Shown here one piece after another: positions 18,031 to 28,450 of a DNA stretch of 64,000 nucleotides (positions are counted from its first letter, which is position 1; each line of letters starts with the position of its first letter). The position numbers and the translations under genes are program-made. A model generated the notes under the pieces. That model saw only the letters and a list, made by a program, of their open reading frames with translations, was not told the DNA's origin and made no database searches. The DNA is from an uncultured bacterium (GTDB lineage: Bacteria > Bacteroidota > Rhodothermia > Balneolales > DATFMH01). The stretch covers positions 171,009-235,008 of the forward strand of contig CAWBCD010000006.1 of assembly GCA_963787205.1 (NCBI GenBank), written 5' to 3'.

Positions 18031-19227
18031 ATGAACGCTGATGCAAAAATTGTACTCAAACCGGGACGCGAAAAAGCCTTAAAAAGACGCCATCCGTGGA
18101 TTTTTTCGGGAGCTGTGCAAAAAGTCGAAGGCAAACCAGAGCTGGGGTCCACTGTTGCCGTGACAGACTCCAGCGGAGTTATGCTTGCCTGGGCAGCCTG
18201 GTCTCCTCATTCTCAGATTCGAGCGAGAATATGGAGTTTCAACCCGGATGAAAAGATTGACAAGTCATTTTTCGAGCGGCGAATTCAAAGAGCAATAGAC
18301 CATCGCAAAAAGATGGGATTGTTTGAGTACACCAATGCCTGGCGTATGGTAAATGCTGAATCCGACGGACTCCCGGGACTCATTGTTGACAGGTATGCAG
18401 ATGTAGTGATTATCCAGCTGCTCTCTGCCGGAGCCGAATATTGGAAAGATGCGATTGTTGATGCCTTGTTACGCCTGTTTCCGGGCTGTTCCATTGGTGA
18501 ACGATCCGATTCCGACAGTCGCTCCCGGGAGGGGTTAAAGCTTGCTGCCGGTATTGTTGAGGGGAAGGAACCGGAAGAACTTATCCTGATCAACGAGTAT
18601 GATGCCAGGTTTTATGTTGATGTCCGGCAGGGTCACAAAACGGGCTTTTACCTCGATCAGCGGGAAAACAGGCAGTCGGTTGCCAGGTATTCCGATAAGA
18701 AGCGTGTTTTAAACGCATTTTCATATACCGGAGGATTCGGAATTACAGCTTCCTCAAAGGGGGCAGCATCGGTAACCCACATCGATTCGTCGGAATATGC
18801 TCTGGGTATGGCACAAAAAAATGTCGATTTGAATGATTTGGATCAGAAAACACATGAATTTGTGCAGGGAAATGTATTTGAAGTCCTAAGAAAATACCGT
18901 GAAGAGAAACATACGTATGATCTGGTCATTCTCGATCCGCCTAAGTTTGTTGAGTCAAAAGCGCAACTGGCACACGGCACAAGGGGATACAAAGACATCA
19001 ACATGCTGGCCTGCCAGTTGCTGGAACCCGGAGGAGTGCTGGCTACCTTCTCATGCTCAGGACAAGTCGACCGGGAGCTGTTTCAAAAGATTGTCGCCGA
19101 TGCCGCCCTGGACGCCGGCCGCGAAATTCAGGTCATGGAATGGCTCAGCCAGGCCCCGGATCATGGCGTAGATTTAGCCTTTCCGGAGGGGTTATACCTG
19201 AAAGGATTAATCGGTCGCGTGTGGTAA
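18031..19227 (+). CDS. rlmI: 23S rRNA (cytosine-C5) methyltransferase RlmI-like, class I SAM-dependent
   Basis: KPGREKALKRRHPWIFSGAV, a PUA-like N-terminus, GFYLDQRENR and the SAM-binding region VLNAFSYTGGFG..ILDPPKF. ATG at 18031 preferred over the 17938 ORF start. Confidence 0.85.
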   Translation: MNADAKIVLKPGREKALKRRHPWIFSGAVQKVEGKPELGSTVAVTDSSGVMLAWAAWSPHSQIRARIWSFNPDEKIDKSFFERRIQRAIDHRKKMGLFEYTNAWRMVNAESDGLPGLIVDRYADVVIIQLLSAGAEYWKDAIVDALLRLFPGCSIGERSDSDSRSREGLKLAAGIVEGKEPEELILINEYDARFYVDVRQGHKTGFYLDQRENRQSVARYSDKKRVLNAFSYTGGFGITASSKGAASVTHIDSSEYALGMAQKNVDLNDLDQKTHEFVQGNVFEVLRKYREEKHTYDLVILDPPKFVESKAQLAHGTRGYKDINMLACQLLEPGGVLATFSCSGQVDRELFQKIVADAALDAGREIQVMEWLSQAPDHGVDLAFPEGLYLKGLIGRVW

Positions 19228-19313
19228 ACATATAAAGTGCACGTCGAGAGTCGTTGCGTTAGTACTAATAAGCCCACATCATTAAAGGAAAAGGACTGAT
19301 TTTTTTCGTTTAT

Positions 19314-19793
19314 TTGTCTGAGTTATTTCCAATATCATCAGTGACTATGACCCGTGCCGTAACTTTTTATATAGCCCTGATACTACGCTGCCTGATAGGT
19401 CTTGTTTTCGTGGTATCAGCCGTCGGTAAACTCCTGAATCCCTATCTGACGATTCAGTTCCTCATGGTATTATTTCCGGCTTTCTCAGTAACCGTTATAA
19501 AGGGTTTTGTCTTTTTCTTCATAGGCTTCGAGTTTCTACTCGCACTTTTTCTTTTCATTGGATGGAAGAAAAGACTGTTTCTGTGGATTTCCCTGGTCCT
19601 GATGGTCGCATTCTGCCTGGTGATAGGCTGGCAGCTCATATACAATCCAACCGTCGGCGACTGCGGCTGCTTTGGAGCGTTTGATCCTCATACCACTCTG
19701 ATAACCAGCCTTTGGAGAGATATCGGACTGTGTGCCGTTATCGTAATAATCCTCTTCCTGGATAAGTTCAACCTGTCCAGACAGTTGGCATGA
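19314..19793 (+). CDS. MauE/DoxX-like membrane protein
   Basis: Four TM segments, SAVGKLLNP and the GDCGCFGAF motif. Paralogous to the N-terminal half of 51868..52797. Confidence 0.65.
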   Translation: MSELFPISSVTMTRAVTFYIALILRCLIGLVFVVSAVGKLLNPYLTIQFLMVLFPAFSVTVIKGFVFFFIGFEFLLALFLFIGWKKRLFLWISLVLMVAFCLVIGWQLIYNPTVGDCGCFGAFDPHTTLITSLWRDIGLCAVIVIILFLDKFNLSRQLA

Positions 19794-19912
19794 AACGTCA
19801 ATCGCTGGTATAGAGACTGTGAAATTTGTCAGACCAACAGACAAACCTTAAATTATTTGATAATTGATGTTTGTATCCAATCCAGACCTTAACGTTGAGG
19901 TCATATTTGGTT

Positions 19913-19946
19913 ACAGACATTAAAAAAAGTGTTTTTTAATGTCTGT
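19913..19946. repeat. Perfect 15-bp inverted repeat ACAGACATTAAAAAA-agtg-TTTTTTAATGTCTGT upstream of fic
   Basis: Read directly from the sequence. The right arm recurs as a direct copy at 20004-20017, overlapping the fic ATG (20011). Confidence 0.7.
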
Positions 19947-20010
19947 ATGAATATTATGTGGTATATTTAAGGTTAGGATCGCCATAAGACCTCAAAAACG
20001 TGGTTTTTTA

Positions 20011-21147
20011 ATGTCTGATAAGTTGCTATACCCCATTAATCCCGATCGCAACGAACCGTGGAATAACCTCCCTCCTCTGCCTATTGATGAGCGTTTGTAT
20101 AAAAAAGTAGAGATCTACGAACAATTGGGCCGAGCCAAGGAAGCATTGGCGTTATTGGCAGGCAGAAGTATCGCGATTCCTAATCCATCCTTACTGATCA
20201 ATAGCATCACGCTTCAGGAAGCCAAGGATTCCAGCGCCATCGAAAATGTTTTCACTACCGATGATGAGCTGTATAAGGCATTCAGTGAGGATAAAGAAGA
20301 TGAACGGGTATCGGGAGCCACAAAAGAGGTCTTACGCTACAGGGAAGCATTATGGGAGGGATATACCTATCTGAAAAAGACCGGAAAATTTGACACCGGA
20401 TATTTTATACGTCTCTATCAACAAATCAAGCAGACAAACGACGAAATTCGTCCGCCTGTAGCCCGGATATATATCCGGCAGGGTGGCAGCGGACCGAATG
20501 CCGGCAAACCTGTGTATACTCCGCCCAGGGGAAAAGGAGTCATCCGGGAAAAACTGGAGAATCTCGTTGCCTTTCTGAATGATGAAAACATCACACCCGG
20601 CGAACCGCTGCTGAAAATGACAATAGCCCATTTCCAGTTCGAGGCGATACACCCCTTCAGAGATGGCAATGGAAGGGCAGGACGGATTATGAACATCCAT
20701 TTTATAACCAAGTCCGGTTTACTTGAATATCCGGTTCTTTATTTGAGCCGTTACATCATCGAGCACAAAGATGAATATTATGACGTGTTGGCGGGAGTCT
20801 CCCAGCGGGGTGACTGGGATAACTGGATTATGTATATGTTACGAGCTGTTGAGTCGACTTCCAGGCTGACCTATCAAAAAGTTAACGAGATCCTCGCAAC
20901 TCAAAAGGATATTCTGGAAGCAGTCGAGTCAGATACGGATATTCGGAGGCCTGATCGTTTGGTCGAAGCGATCTTTTTTCAACCCTACACCAAAGTCAGT
21001 CACCTGGTAGAACGTGGAATTTATGCTGAGAATACAGCAAGAAAGTATCTGAACAAGCTTGCTGATCTTCAGATTCTTGAAAAAAAAGAAATTCAGGGAC
21101 ATCATTACTATCTGAATCTTGAACTGGAGCAGATCCTGTCCTGGTGA
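20011..21147 (+). CDS. Fic-family protein (AMPylase-type) with an N-terminal inhibitory motif
   Basis: Fic core HPFRDGNGRAGR. Candidate inhibitory SxxxEN motif in KDSSAIENV. C-terminal wHTH-like region. Confidence 0.88.
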   Translation: MSDKLLYPINPDRNEPWNNLPPLPIDERLYKKVEIYEQLGRAKEALALLAGRSIAIPNPSLLINSITLQEAKDSSAIENVFTTDDELYKAFSEDKEDERVSGATKEVLRYREALWEGYTYLKKTGKFDTGYFIRLYQQIKQTNDEIRPPVARIYIRQGGSGPNAGKPVYTPPRGKGVIREKLENLVAFLNDENITPGEPLLKMTIAHFQFEAIHPFRDGNGRAGRIMNIHFITKSGLLEYPVLYLSRYIIEHKDEYYDVLAGVSQRGDWDNWIMYMLRAVESTSRLTYQKVNEILATQKDILEAVESDTDIRRPDRLVEAIFFQPYTKVSHLVERGIYAENTARKYLNKLADLQILEKKEIQGHHYYLNLELEQILSW

Positions 21148-21150
21148 TTT

Positions 21151-21473
21151 CTTTGTTGTTTGATTTGCGATGAACCGCTTGAAGGGATAGACCCTGTTTC
21201 CGTCAGGCAAATCAAAGACAACTTGCACTTTATGGCTGAGAAGGGGATTACAGTGTTGCTTAGCTCGCATAATATGGATGCCTTGAAAAATTATGCGACC
21301 AGGTGGCCATCATCAATAATGGACAATTGGTCTTTCGGTCCAAGACGGAAGACATCGGGAAAAAGATTAAAGACGAGGTAAGCAGGGAGACCTATCGGTC
21401 CCTGGAAGAAATATTTGTGGATCTTGTATCGGACAGGGAGGATGGTAATCCCAAAAGACTTTCCTGGTTATAG
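21151..21473 (+). pseudogene. 3' remnant of an ABC-transporter ATP-binding gene (5'-truncated and frameshifted)
   Basis: Starts at the Walker B/D-loop region (..LICDEPLEGIDPVSVRQIKD..ITVLLSSHNMDALKNYA). A frame change follows, then QVAIINNGQLVFRSKTEDIGKKIKDE...LSWL*. No Walker A or signature motif lies upstream. Confidence 0.7.
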
Positions 21474-21523
21474 ATTTGAGTCTAATTGTACATGATAATG
21501 AGACCCTCTCAGCCAATATCCCT

Positions 21524-21563
21524 AAAAAAAGAGGAGAGGCATCATTTCAGAAATGCCCCTCCT
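21524..21563 (-). terminator. Rho-independent terminator after leucine dehydrogenase
   Basis: Stem AGGAGAGGCAT / ATGCCCCTCCT. On the minus strand it is followed by T7 (A7 at 21524-21530). Confidence 0.7.
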
Positions 21564-21597
21564 GAATTAACGAACAATTTAAAACAACTGTCCTCTC

Positions 21598-22782
21598 TCA
21601 GCAGCTCCTGTTAAACTCCCCCAAACGGCCGGAGAACTTGCTTTTAGAAGCATAAATCTCTTTGATACGTCCAATCTGCTGCAGCCGATGTTCGGCCAGC
21701 TCATTCGAAGCGGCATAGGTCGGGATTCCCCGCTTCTCAGCATGGTCCAGGATGCCGATGATTACATCATAAATCCGGGAAGCTTGTTCATGAGCACGAT
21801 TCGAGTTATATCCTTCCAGCTCATTAGCTACGTTGATCAGTCCACCGGCATTGATCACATAATCCGGCGCGTACATGATGCCCCGGTCGATCAACATGGG
21901 ACCGTGTATTTCCTCGGTGTCAAGCTGATTATTGGCGCTGCCGGCGATAATGGAGGCTTTGAGCCGCGGAATCGTATCCGAATTAACGGTACCGCCTAAG
22001 GCACACGGACTGTAGATATCCACATCCAGATCGTAGATATCTTCCGAATCTACTCCAATTGCACCTGTCTTCTCCACGACCTTTTTCACCTTCTCAGGGA
22101 AAATATCACAGATGTAGATTTTAGCCCCTTCCTTGGCCAACATCTCTGCCAGGTAGGCACTCACATGTCCGGCCCCCTGGATCGATACTTTTTTACCATT
22201 CAACGAATCACTTCCGAACTGTTTGTGGGCACAGGCTTTCATTCCCATGTACACACCCAACGCCGTAACAGTCGAAGGATCACCACTTCCGCCGAGGGCT
22301 CTCGAAATACCTGTGACATATTTGGTTTCCATGCGAACCCATTCCATATCGGAAATCGATGTTCCTACATCTTCTGCCGTGATATAACGACCGGCCAATC
22401 CTTCAATGAAACGCCCGTAAGCCCTGAAGAGCGCTTCAGTCTTATCCTTTTGGGGATCACCGATGATCACTGCTTTTCCACCGCCAAGATTTAGTCCGGC
22501 GACAGCCGCCTTGTAGGTCATGCCGCGTGATAACCGAAGCGCATCGCGTAAAGCTTCCTGATCGGATTTATAGGTCCACATCCTGGTTCCTCCAAGAGCC
22601 GGTCCGAGCGTGGTATTGTGAATGGCAATGATCGCGCGCAGTCCCACTTTAGGTTCAGAACATATGATAACCTGTTCATGCTCTTTTTGTTCCAGTTGGT
22701 TAAAGATCGAAAAGCTCGTCTCTACTTCTTGTTGTGTTAATGTCTCTACTGTCATGTCTTTAATAATTTCGCGCAGAAACAA
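21598..22782 (-). CDS. Leucine (branched-chain amino acid) dehydrogenase
   Basis: AIIAIHNTTLGPALGGTRMW, GGGKAVIIGDP and GAGHV Rossmann motifs. An alternative start is at 22755. Confidence 0.88.
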   Translation of the reverse strand: MFLREIIKDMTVETLTQQEVETSFSIFNQLEQKEHEQVIICSEPKVGLRAIIAIHNTTLGPALGGTRMWTYKSDQEALRDALRLSRGMTYKAAVAGLNLGGGKAVIIGDPQKDKTEALFRAYGRFIEGLAGRYITAEDVGTSISDMEWVRMETKYVTGISRALGGSGDPSTVTALGVYMGMKACAHKQFGSDSLNGKKVSIQGAGHVSAYLAEMLAKEGAKIYICDIFPEKVKKVVEKTGAIGVDSEDIYDLDVDIYSPCALGGTVNSDTIPRLKASIIAGSANNQLDTEEIHGPMLIDRGIMYAPDYVINAGGLINVANELEGYNSNRAHEQASRIYDVIIGILDHAEKRGIPTYAASNELAEHRLQQIGRIKEIYASKSKFSGRLGEFNRSC

Positions 22783-22979
22783 AACACGTTGGTTTCATTC
22801 CTGCAATTTTTAAGTATCAGTTTATAAATAACGTAAATAACGCTTTTTGTGCGCCAAAAAAGCGCTTTTAACACCTGTATGTTACGGCATCTGAAAGCAA
22901 AATCAAACTGTATTTGAAGGATTAAATTCTGCTGTTTTTGTAAACCTGCCTCAGAATGGAAATTTTACGCCATTAACTA

Positions 22980-23845
22980 TCAGGGACGCTCAATTGGCAT
23001 CCGGACCATATTCCCCCACTCGGTCCATGAACCGTCATAATTCCGGACCTTGCGTAAGCCGAGCAGATATTTCAGGACAAACCAGGTATGACTTGAGCGC
23101 TCCCCAATACGGCAATAGGTAATGACTTCCTCTTCCGGGTCGATGCCCGTATCATTCAGATATATTTCCTCCAGTTCCTCCCGTGTTTTAAAGGTCCCGT
23201 CGTCATTGACTGCTTTCGACCATGGGATATTGTTTGCCCCCTGTATATGACCACCTCGTAACACTCCCTCTTGTGGATATTCGGCCATATGCAAAAGCTC
23301 TCCACTGAATTCCTGGGGTGAGCGTACATCAATTAGAGAAAGGCCATTCTCCAGATGATGCATCACATCAAGCAAAAACGCTCTTTCCTTCTTATCATCA
23401 CGTTTCGTCATTGGATAATCACCCGGTTCGAACTCGGGAATATCCTTTGTGAATTTCCGACCTTCTTCCTCCCATTTCTTGCGGCCTCCATCCATTATCT
23501 TCACATTTTCATGATTATACAGCCGAAAAACCCACAGAGCGTAACAAGCCCACCAATTGTTTTTGTCCCCGTAAAAGATCACTTCTGTATCTTGTGATAT
23601 TCCCTTACGCTCCATCAGCTTACGAAAAGCATGCTTATTTACATAATCGCGAATAACCGGGTCATTAAGTTCGGTATGCCAATCGATATTAATCGCATTT
23701 GGAATATGTCCGGTATCGTACAAGAAGCGGATCCTCATTGCTTTCAATAATTCGTATATTTTCATCCTCAGATGTAATCGGCAACCCAGTCTGTCGTAAC
23801 CAGTACTTCGGGATTTGCGTATTATTCAATCTTTTCTGTAGTCAT
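22980..23845 (-). pseudogene. sseA: Thiosulfate/3-mercaptopyruvate sulfurtransferase (two rhodanese domains) with a damaged 5' end
   Basis: Active site [13 protein letters not shown]. The expected N-terminus, [24 protein letters not shown] / [16 protein letters not shown] / YDTGHIP, is spread over three frames and has an in-frame TAA at 23822-23824. The intact ORF is only 22980..23765. Confidence 0.7.
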
Positions 23846-24096
23846 GGATTCAGCTCTTAATTTTTTGGGCGATTTGTGTTAATATGAGACAATCTACAAC
23901 GGATGCTCTTTGAAAACCCTCAGGTCGTACAAAAGAATTCCACCGAAGAAGTTCCTTCGGAACAATTTTTTATTGTTATGATTTTTTGCATGCCCGAACC
24001 TGGCAAGTCGATAAACTGGAGTGGATCGGGCTCTTGAACCGGCGAGTGTGATAGCCCCGGCTCTATTCAAATAAAAAAAAATAAACAGAAAAGAAA

Positions 24097-25847
24097 ATGA
24101 TGACGTACCGATGGGTAGTAACTCCTGTACAAGATGAAACAACCGTAAAACGATTACAAGAAGAGCTGGGCGTGCACCCAACGATTGCCCGCCTGCTTGC
24201 GTTACGCGGCATCAACACATTTGAACTGGCCCGATCTTACTTCAGGCCTAACATATCCAAACTTCATGATCCATACCTGATGAAGGACATGGAGAAGGCT
24301 GCACCGCGTCTTGCCGATGCTATCCGTCATGGTGAGAAGGTCGTTGTCTATGGGGATTATGATGTCGATGGGACAACTGCCACCTCGATCATGTACAATT
24401 TCCTAAAGAATTTTGGAAGAGATGTTCAGTATTATATTCCCCATCGTTTTAAGGAAGGATATGGAATCTCACTCGAGGGAGTCGATTTTGCGGTTAATAC
24501 ATCGGCAAAACTCATTTTATCGGTCGATTGCGGAATAACAGCTCATGAAGAGGCAGAATATGCCCGCGAACATGGGATAGACATGGTCATCTGTGATCAT
24601 CATACGGTGGGAGATACGATCCCAAATGCTTTTGCTGTGCTCGACCCCAAAAGACCGGATTGCCCGTATCCTTTTAAAGGATTGTCTGGCGCTGGAGTAG
24701 CTTTTAAACTCATCCAGGCTATCCTGCATGAATTGGGACTACCACCGGAAAAGGCACATCCGTATCTGGATCTGTTGGCTATTTCCATTGCTTCCGATAT
24801 CGTTCCGATTACCGGGGAAAACCGGATATTGATGCGGGAAGGTCTAAAAAAACTAAATGAAGACCCCAGACCAGGTATTCGCGCCCTCATGGATGTGATT
24901 AACCTGAAGCCGGGGACTATAACCACTACTCAGATCGTCTTTTCCATCGGCCCCAGAATCAATGCTGCTGGACGCATGGGTGATGCCGAACAGCAGTGGA
25001 ACTGATGATCGCCGATACCTATGAGGAATGCAATCGGCTATGCACATGAACTGGAAGGCATGAATCTGAAACGACGCCGCATCGACTCAGACACAATGGA
25101 CCGCGCTATGGCCATGCTGGATGAAACATTTCGATCCGGAAAAATATTCTTCACTGGTTCTTCACGATCCCGAGTGGCACCTGGGTGTTATCGGAATCGT
25201 TGCATCCCGATCTGGTCGACAAATATTGCCGGCCGAACAATCATGCTGAGTTCGGTGGATGGCCAGATCAAGGGTTCAGCCAGGAGCATAAAGGGTTTCA
25301 ATATTTATGAGGCACTAAAGGAATGTGAGGATCTGTTGGTTCAGTTCGGCGGGCACGAGTACGCTGCCGGATTGACACTGAATGAAGAAGATCTGGAGGC
25401 ATTCCGTGAACGCTTCAACAAACTTGCAGTCAGGAATCTCTCTGAAGATGACTTAGTCCCGGAACTTGAAATCGATAGTGAACTTGAACCTTTCACGATC
25501 TTGACAGCCGGTTCTGGAAAATATTGCGACAATTTGAACCCTATGGTCCGTTGAATTTACGACCGGTATTTGTCTCTAACGGATTGCGCGTGATTGGAAA
25601 CCCAACAATTGTCGGAAACGGACACCTTAAATTGCGTTTAACACAAAATGGATCATCGACATACGATGCGATTGGTTTCAACATGCACGAATACCTTCCG
25701 ATGGTCAGAAGTGCAAAAAATGGCTCACTCAGCATGGTTTATGTGCTGGAAGAAAATACATGGAACAACAAGACGACCATCCAACTCCGTTTGAAGGATA
25801 TTCGCAATGAAAATGGGAAAGATATGGCAATAGGGGAAGATAAATGA
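24097..25847 (+). pseudogene. recJ: Single-stranded-DNA exonuclease RecJ, split over three ORFs by about 6 frame changes between 24990 and 25495
   Basis: DHH motifs (VYGDYDVDGTT, DCG, ICDHH) and GPRINAAGRMGDA. Downstream conserved segments AVELMIAD / AIGYAHELE / LVLHDPEWHLGVIGIVASR / LVDKYCRP / TIMLSSVDGQIKGSARS / FWKILRQFEPYGPLNLRPVF lie in alternating frames. Confidence 0.75.
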
Positions 25848-26000
25848 GGAGTGAAATGCGTAAGTTTGCCCGGTTTACTATAAGACCATTGTTAAACCAC
25901 TACTCCCATTATTCCCTAATCCCCTTTCCATATTTCCCAATTTACGCCAGTACAACTTTGAATAAGTTTGAAAACCCATTATATTTGATGCCTCTCAAAT

Positions 26001-26073
<73 letters not shown>

Positions 26074-26300
26074 CTTTTTAGTAAGTCTATGTGAAGCAAT
26101 ACATAACAACTTCGCATAGACTTTTTTCGTTGTAGTTATTTTTCAACAACTTTTATTTGGTTACAAGAGAGTTACAAGGGAAATATTTTTACCCACTCGT
26201 TTTCTGCCCTTTTTTATGGTGTTCGATTCGTTCGATTTTTGTAAGGAATCTTCACTTTGCGTGACTTATAGATAGGTGTGAATAAAACAAGGGGTATAAA

Positions 26301-26468
26301 ATGAAAGAGAGATGTTTTATTGATATGGCCTTTAGATATGCTGCAGGAACATTGACGACTAATCAAATTGAGGAGTTGTGGGTTCGGGTGCTTATGAGGC
26401 CTGAGCTCCTCGACTTGCTGCTTATCATTGTTGGGGTTAAAATGTTATGTGACAAGGGGTGGAATTAA
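26301..26468 (+). CDS. Small hypothetical protein (55 aa), paralog of 27779..27934
   Basis: MKERCFIDMAFRYAAGTLTTNQIEELWVRVLMRPELLDLL... About half of its residues are shared with the second copy, which suggests protein-level conservation. Confidence 0.45.
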   Translation: MKERCFIDMAFRYAAGTLTTNQIEELWVRVLMRPELLDLLLIIVGVKMLCDKGWN

Positions 26469-26482
26469 ATGGAGTATGAACC

Positions 26483-26848
26483 ATGAAGGGATTGCCAATA
26501 GTTTTTATAGTTCTTCTTTTTAGTAGCGTTCTTTCTGTTTATGCACAATCTAATACTAATACCGATTCTGTTAGAATAAAGAAAATGGTTTTGCAAAGTG
26601 TGAACAAATTCAAAAAGGTCGGCTTTATAAAGAAGATTGATGGAGAAGACCAGAAAATATATTTAGATGATACTTTGTGGTATATGGAAAACGGTCCCCA
26701 AAAAGAGAACATAGTAAAAATATTAGCCTATTATATGGGCATTACTTTTTATCACGAAACACAGCCTATGCCATTTGGTGGGGTTTTTTTATACATTCAT
26801 CTGATTGTCTGTCAATGGCTTATACTATTTGTACGCTTTAATGAGTAG
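26483..26848 (+). CDS. Hypothetical secreted protein
   Basis: Signal peptide MKGLPIVFIVLLFSSVLSVYAQ. No recognisable domain. The C-terminal part after a T-run may be out of frame. Confidence 0.4.
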   Translation: MKGLPIVFIVLLFSSVLSVYAQSNTNTDSVRIKKMVLQSVNKFKKVGFIKKIDGEDQKIYLDDTLWYMENGPQKENIVKILAYYMGITFYHETQPMPFGGVFLYIHLIVCQWLILFVRFNE

Positions 26849-27357
26849 GCACAAACTGACAGATTAGGCAGGATACAATATTCGCTGACAGCGAACATTT
26901 GTAAAGTGAAACAGAGGGGGTACCCTTCCAAATTTTGATTGAAATCTGTGGATGGTAACAACCCCTCGCCTACGAGACCAAATTACGTAAAACAGGTACC
27001 ACACCATCTTATACGGCTTAATTGACAGATCGGCGCTCTCAGGGCAAATTTGAGGCATAGTGTAGGATAAATGTAGCTATCGGGATATGGCACTGGTTAT
27101 CAAATTACTTCCATCAATTGTATGGGATGAATAGGTGAAAAGAGCATATATAATCCAATATAATCAATGCGTTATGAAATAACAGCTCTAGCAAAGGTAC
27201 GTTGTGGAAGTACGGTGTAGTGATGGCAGGGGGTTCGTTGCCATCTTGTCAATGAGGGACGTATCGAAATTTTAGCGATTTATCGACACGTTATTCGCTT
27301 TTTACTGGAAGCAATTTTAATGTCCCAATCCGCCCGGTATCGCGTCTCTTTGTCTGA

Positions 27358-27621
27358 TTATTTCTTAAAAAGGGTCTTATTTTCATTATAAATGCCCAGG
27401 AACATTCTTTTTAACTTTTTATCAGATTCATTTCTGATATCGTCTCCTTTCATCCACACTAATGTGCTAAATGGATAAGATGCGACCGAAACTTTCCATT
27501 CATCAACATCTCGTTTAGCAGTTACCCTTACCGTGACTCCTGTGTTAATATTCCACGACTTATTAGAAAACTCGTCCTTATACTCTATTCGTGATTCGGG
27601 TTTATATAGATTTGATGGCAT
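27358..27621 (-). CDS. Hypothetical protein (87 aa)
   Basis: ORF only; no motif recognised. Confidence 0.35.
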   Translation of the reverse strand: MPSNLYKPESRIEYKDEFSNKSWNINTGVTVRVTAKRDVDEWKVSVASYPFSTLVWMKGDDIRNESDKKLKRMFLGIYNENKTLFKK

Positions 27622-27778
27622 GTATATATTTAGATGTTTTTTTATTCTGTTAGAAGGTAAGCATTTGCTTTACCGGATATTGTTTTTTCTGTAAGGTTTC
27701 CCATTCCCGCGTGTCAAATAAGCAAACTAATTAACAAAACAAGAGAGGTAACGTATAGAAGAAAGACGCTTTATTGAT

Positions 27779-27934
27779 ATGGCTTGCCGATTTGCTGCGG
27801 GGACACTCCCGGCAGATATGGTCGACACGTTGTGGGTCCAGGTGCTTAATAGGCCGGATCGTTTAAATTTAATATTTACACTCAAAGCGATTACAATGTA
27901 TAATAAGAGAGTTAGCAAAAGTGTAAAGCCATGA
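27779..27934 (+). CDS. Small hypothetical protein (51 aa), paralog of 26301..26468; the upstream ATG is replaced by ATA
   Basis: MACRFAAGTLPADMVDTLWVQVLNRPDRLNL... In-frame homology continues upstream (..EERRFID), but the start equivalent to copy 1 is lost. Confidence 0.4.
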   Translation: MACRFAAGTLPADMVDTLWVQVLNRPDRLNLIFTLKAITMYNKRVSKSVKP

Positions 27935-28046
27935 AGGCATTTTCTATTTATCGGGCATGAATCGGCATCTGGCTTGTGCTCAGGTTCTTAGCTAAATTGA
28001 CAACCGTTATTTGTATCTTAGCCCCTTATGGGCAGGGTCGTTAGGC
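27928..28046 (+). repeat. attC-like intergenic repeat, copy 1 (3' half conserved, ends in GTTAGGC)
   Basis: Shares ..CGGGCATGAA..GCATCTGGCTTGTGC..CTTAGCTAAATTGACAA..TATCTTAGCCCCTTATGGGCAGGGTCGTTAGGC with copies 2 and 3. It ends 18 nt before the next ATG. Confidence 0.6.
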
Positions 28047-28064
28047 TGCTTAAAATAAATTTTC

Positions 28065-28442
28065 ATGAATGCTAAACGCGTTATAGACTCTTTTAATGAC
28101 GAATTTAAAACACTCCAAAACAAATTTGATATAATTGAATTAACGGGAGCTACAATTAGGAATAATTCTGATTCCCGTATTATCAATCCGGGGGTCTATT
28201 TTTTTATCAAGGATGATGAAGTGTGGAGAGTGGGAAGAAGTCTGAAAAATGCCCGTTGGAGAGCTATCCAACATTTTCGAGATAATACTGCGGGGAAAAT
28301 GCAAAAATTAGATGGTGACGCAAATGCAACAATACTTCTTTTTACAATACCAGATCCTAAGAATAGACATTGGATTTTAGCTTTAGAGAAGTTCTTTGAG
28401 GACAAATTAAACCCTGATATTCCTCCTGGTCGAAATGGTTGA
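28065..28442 (+). CDS. Small GIY-YIG-like protein (tentative)
   Basis: 125 aa. GVYFFIKDDEVWRVGRS resembles the GIY...YIG element. AT-rich cassette bounded by the repeats. Confidence 0.45.
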   Translation: MNAKRVIDSFNDEFKTLQNKFDIIELTGATIRNNSDSRIINPGVYFFIKDDEVWRVGRSLKNARWRAIQHFRDNTAGKMQKLDGDANATILLFTIPDPKNRHWILALEKFFEDKLNPDIPPGRNG

Positions 28443-28450
28443 AGTCAGCA

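Noticed and set aside
27990-28025. TTGACA ... TATCTT inside the attC-like repeats as a sigma-70 promoter driving each cassette.
   Set aside because: The spacer between the two hexamers is only 11 nt in all copies, which is incompatible with a canonical -35/-10 promoter. A non-canonical (FCB-type) promoter cannot be excluded.
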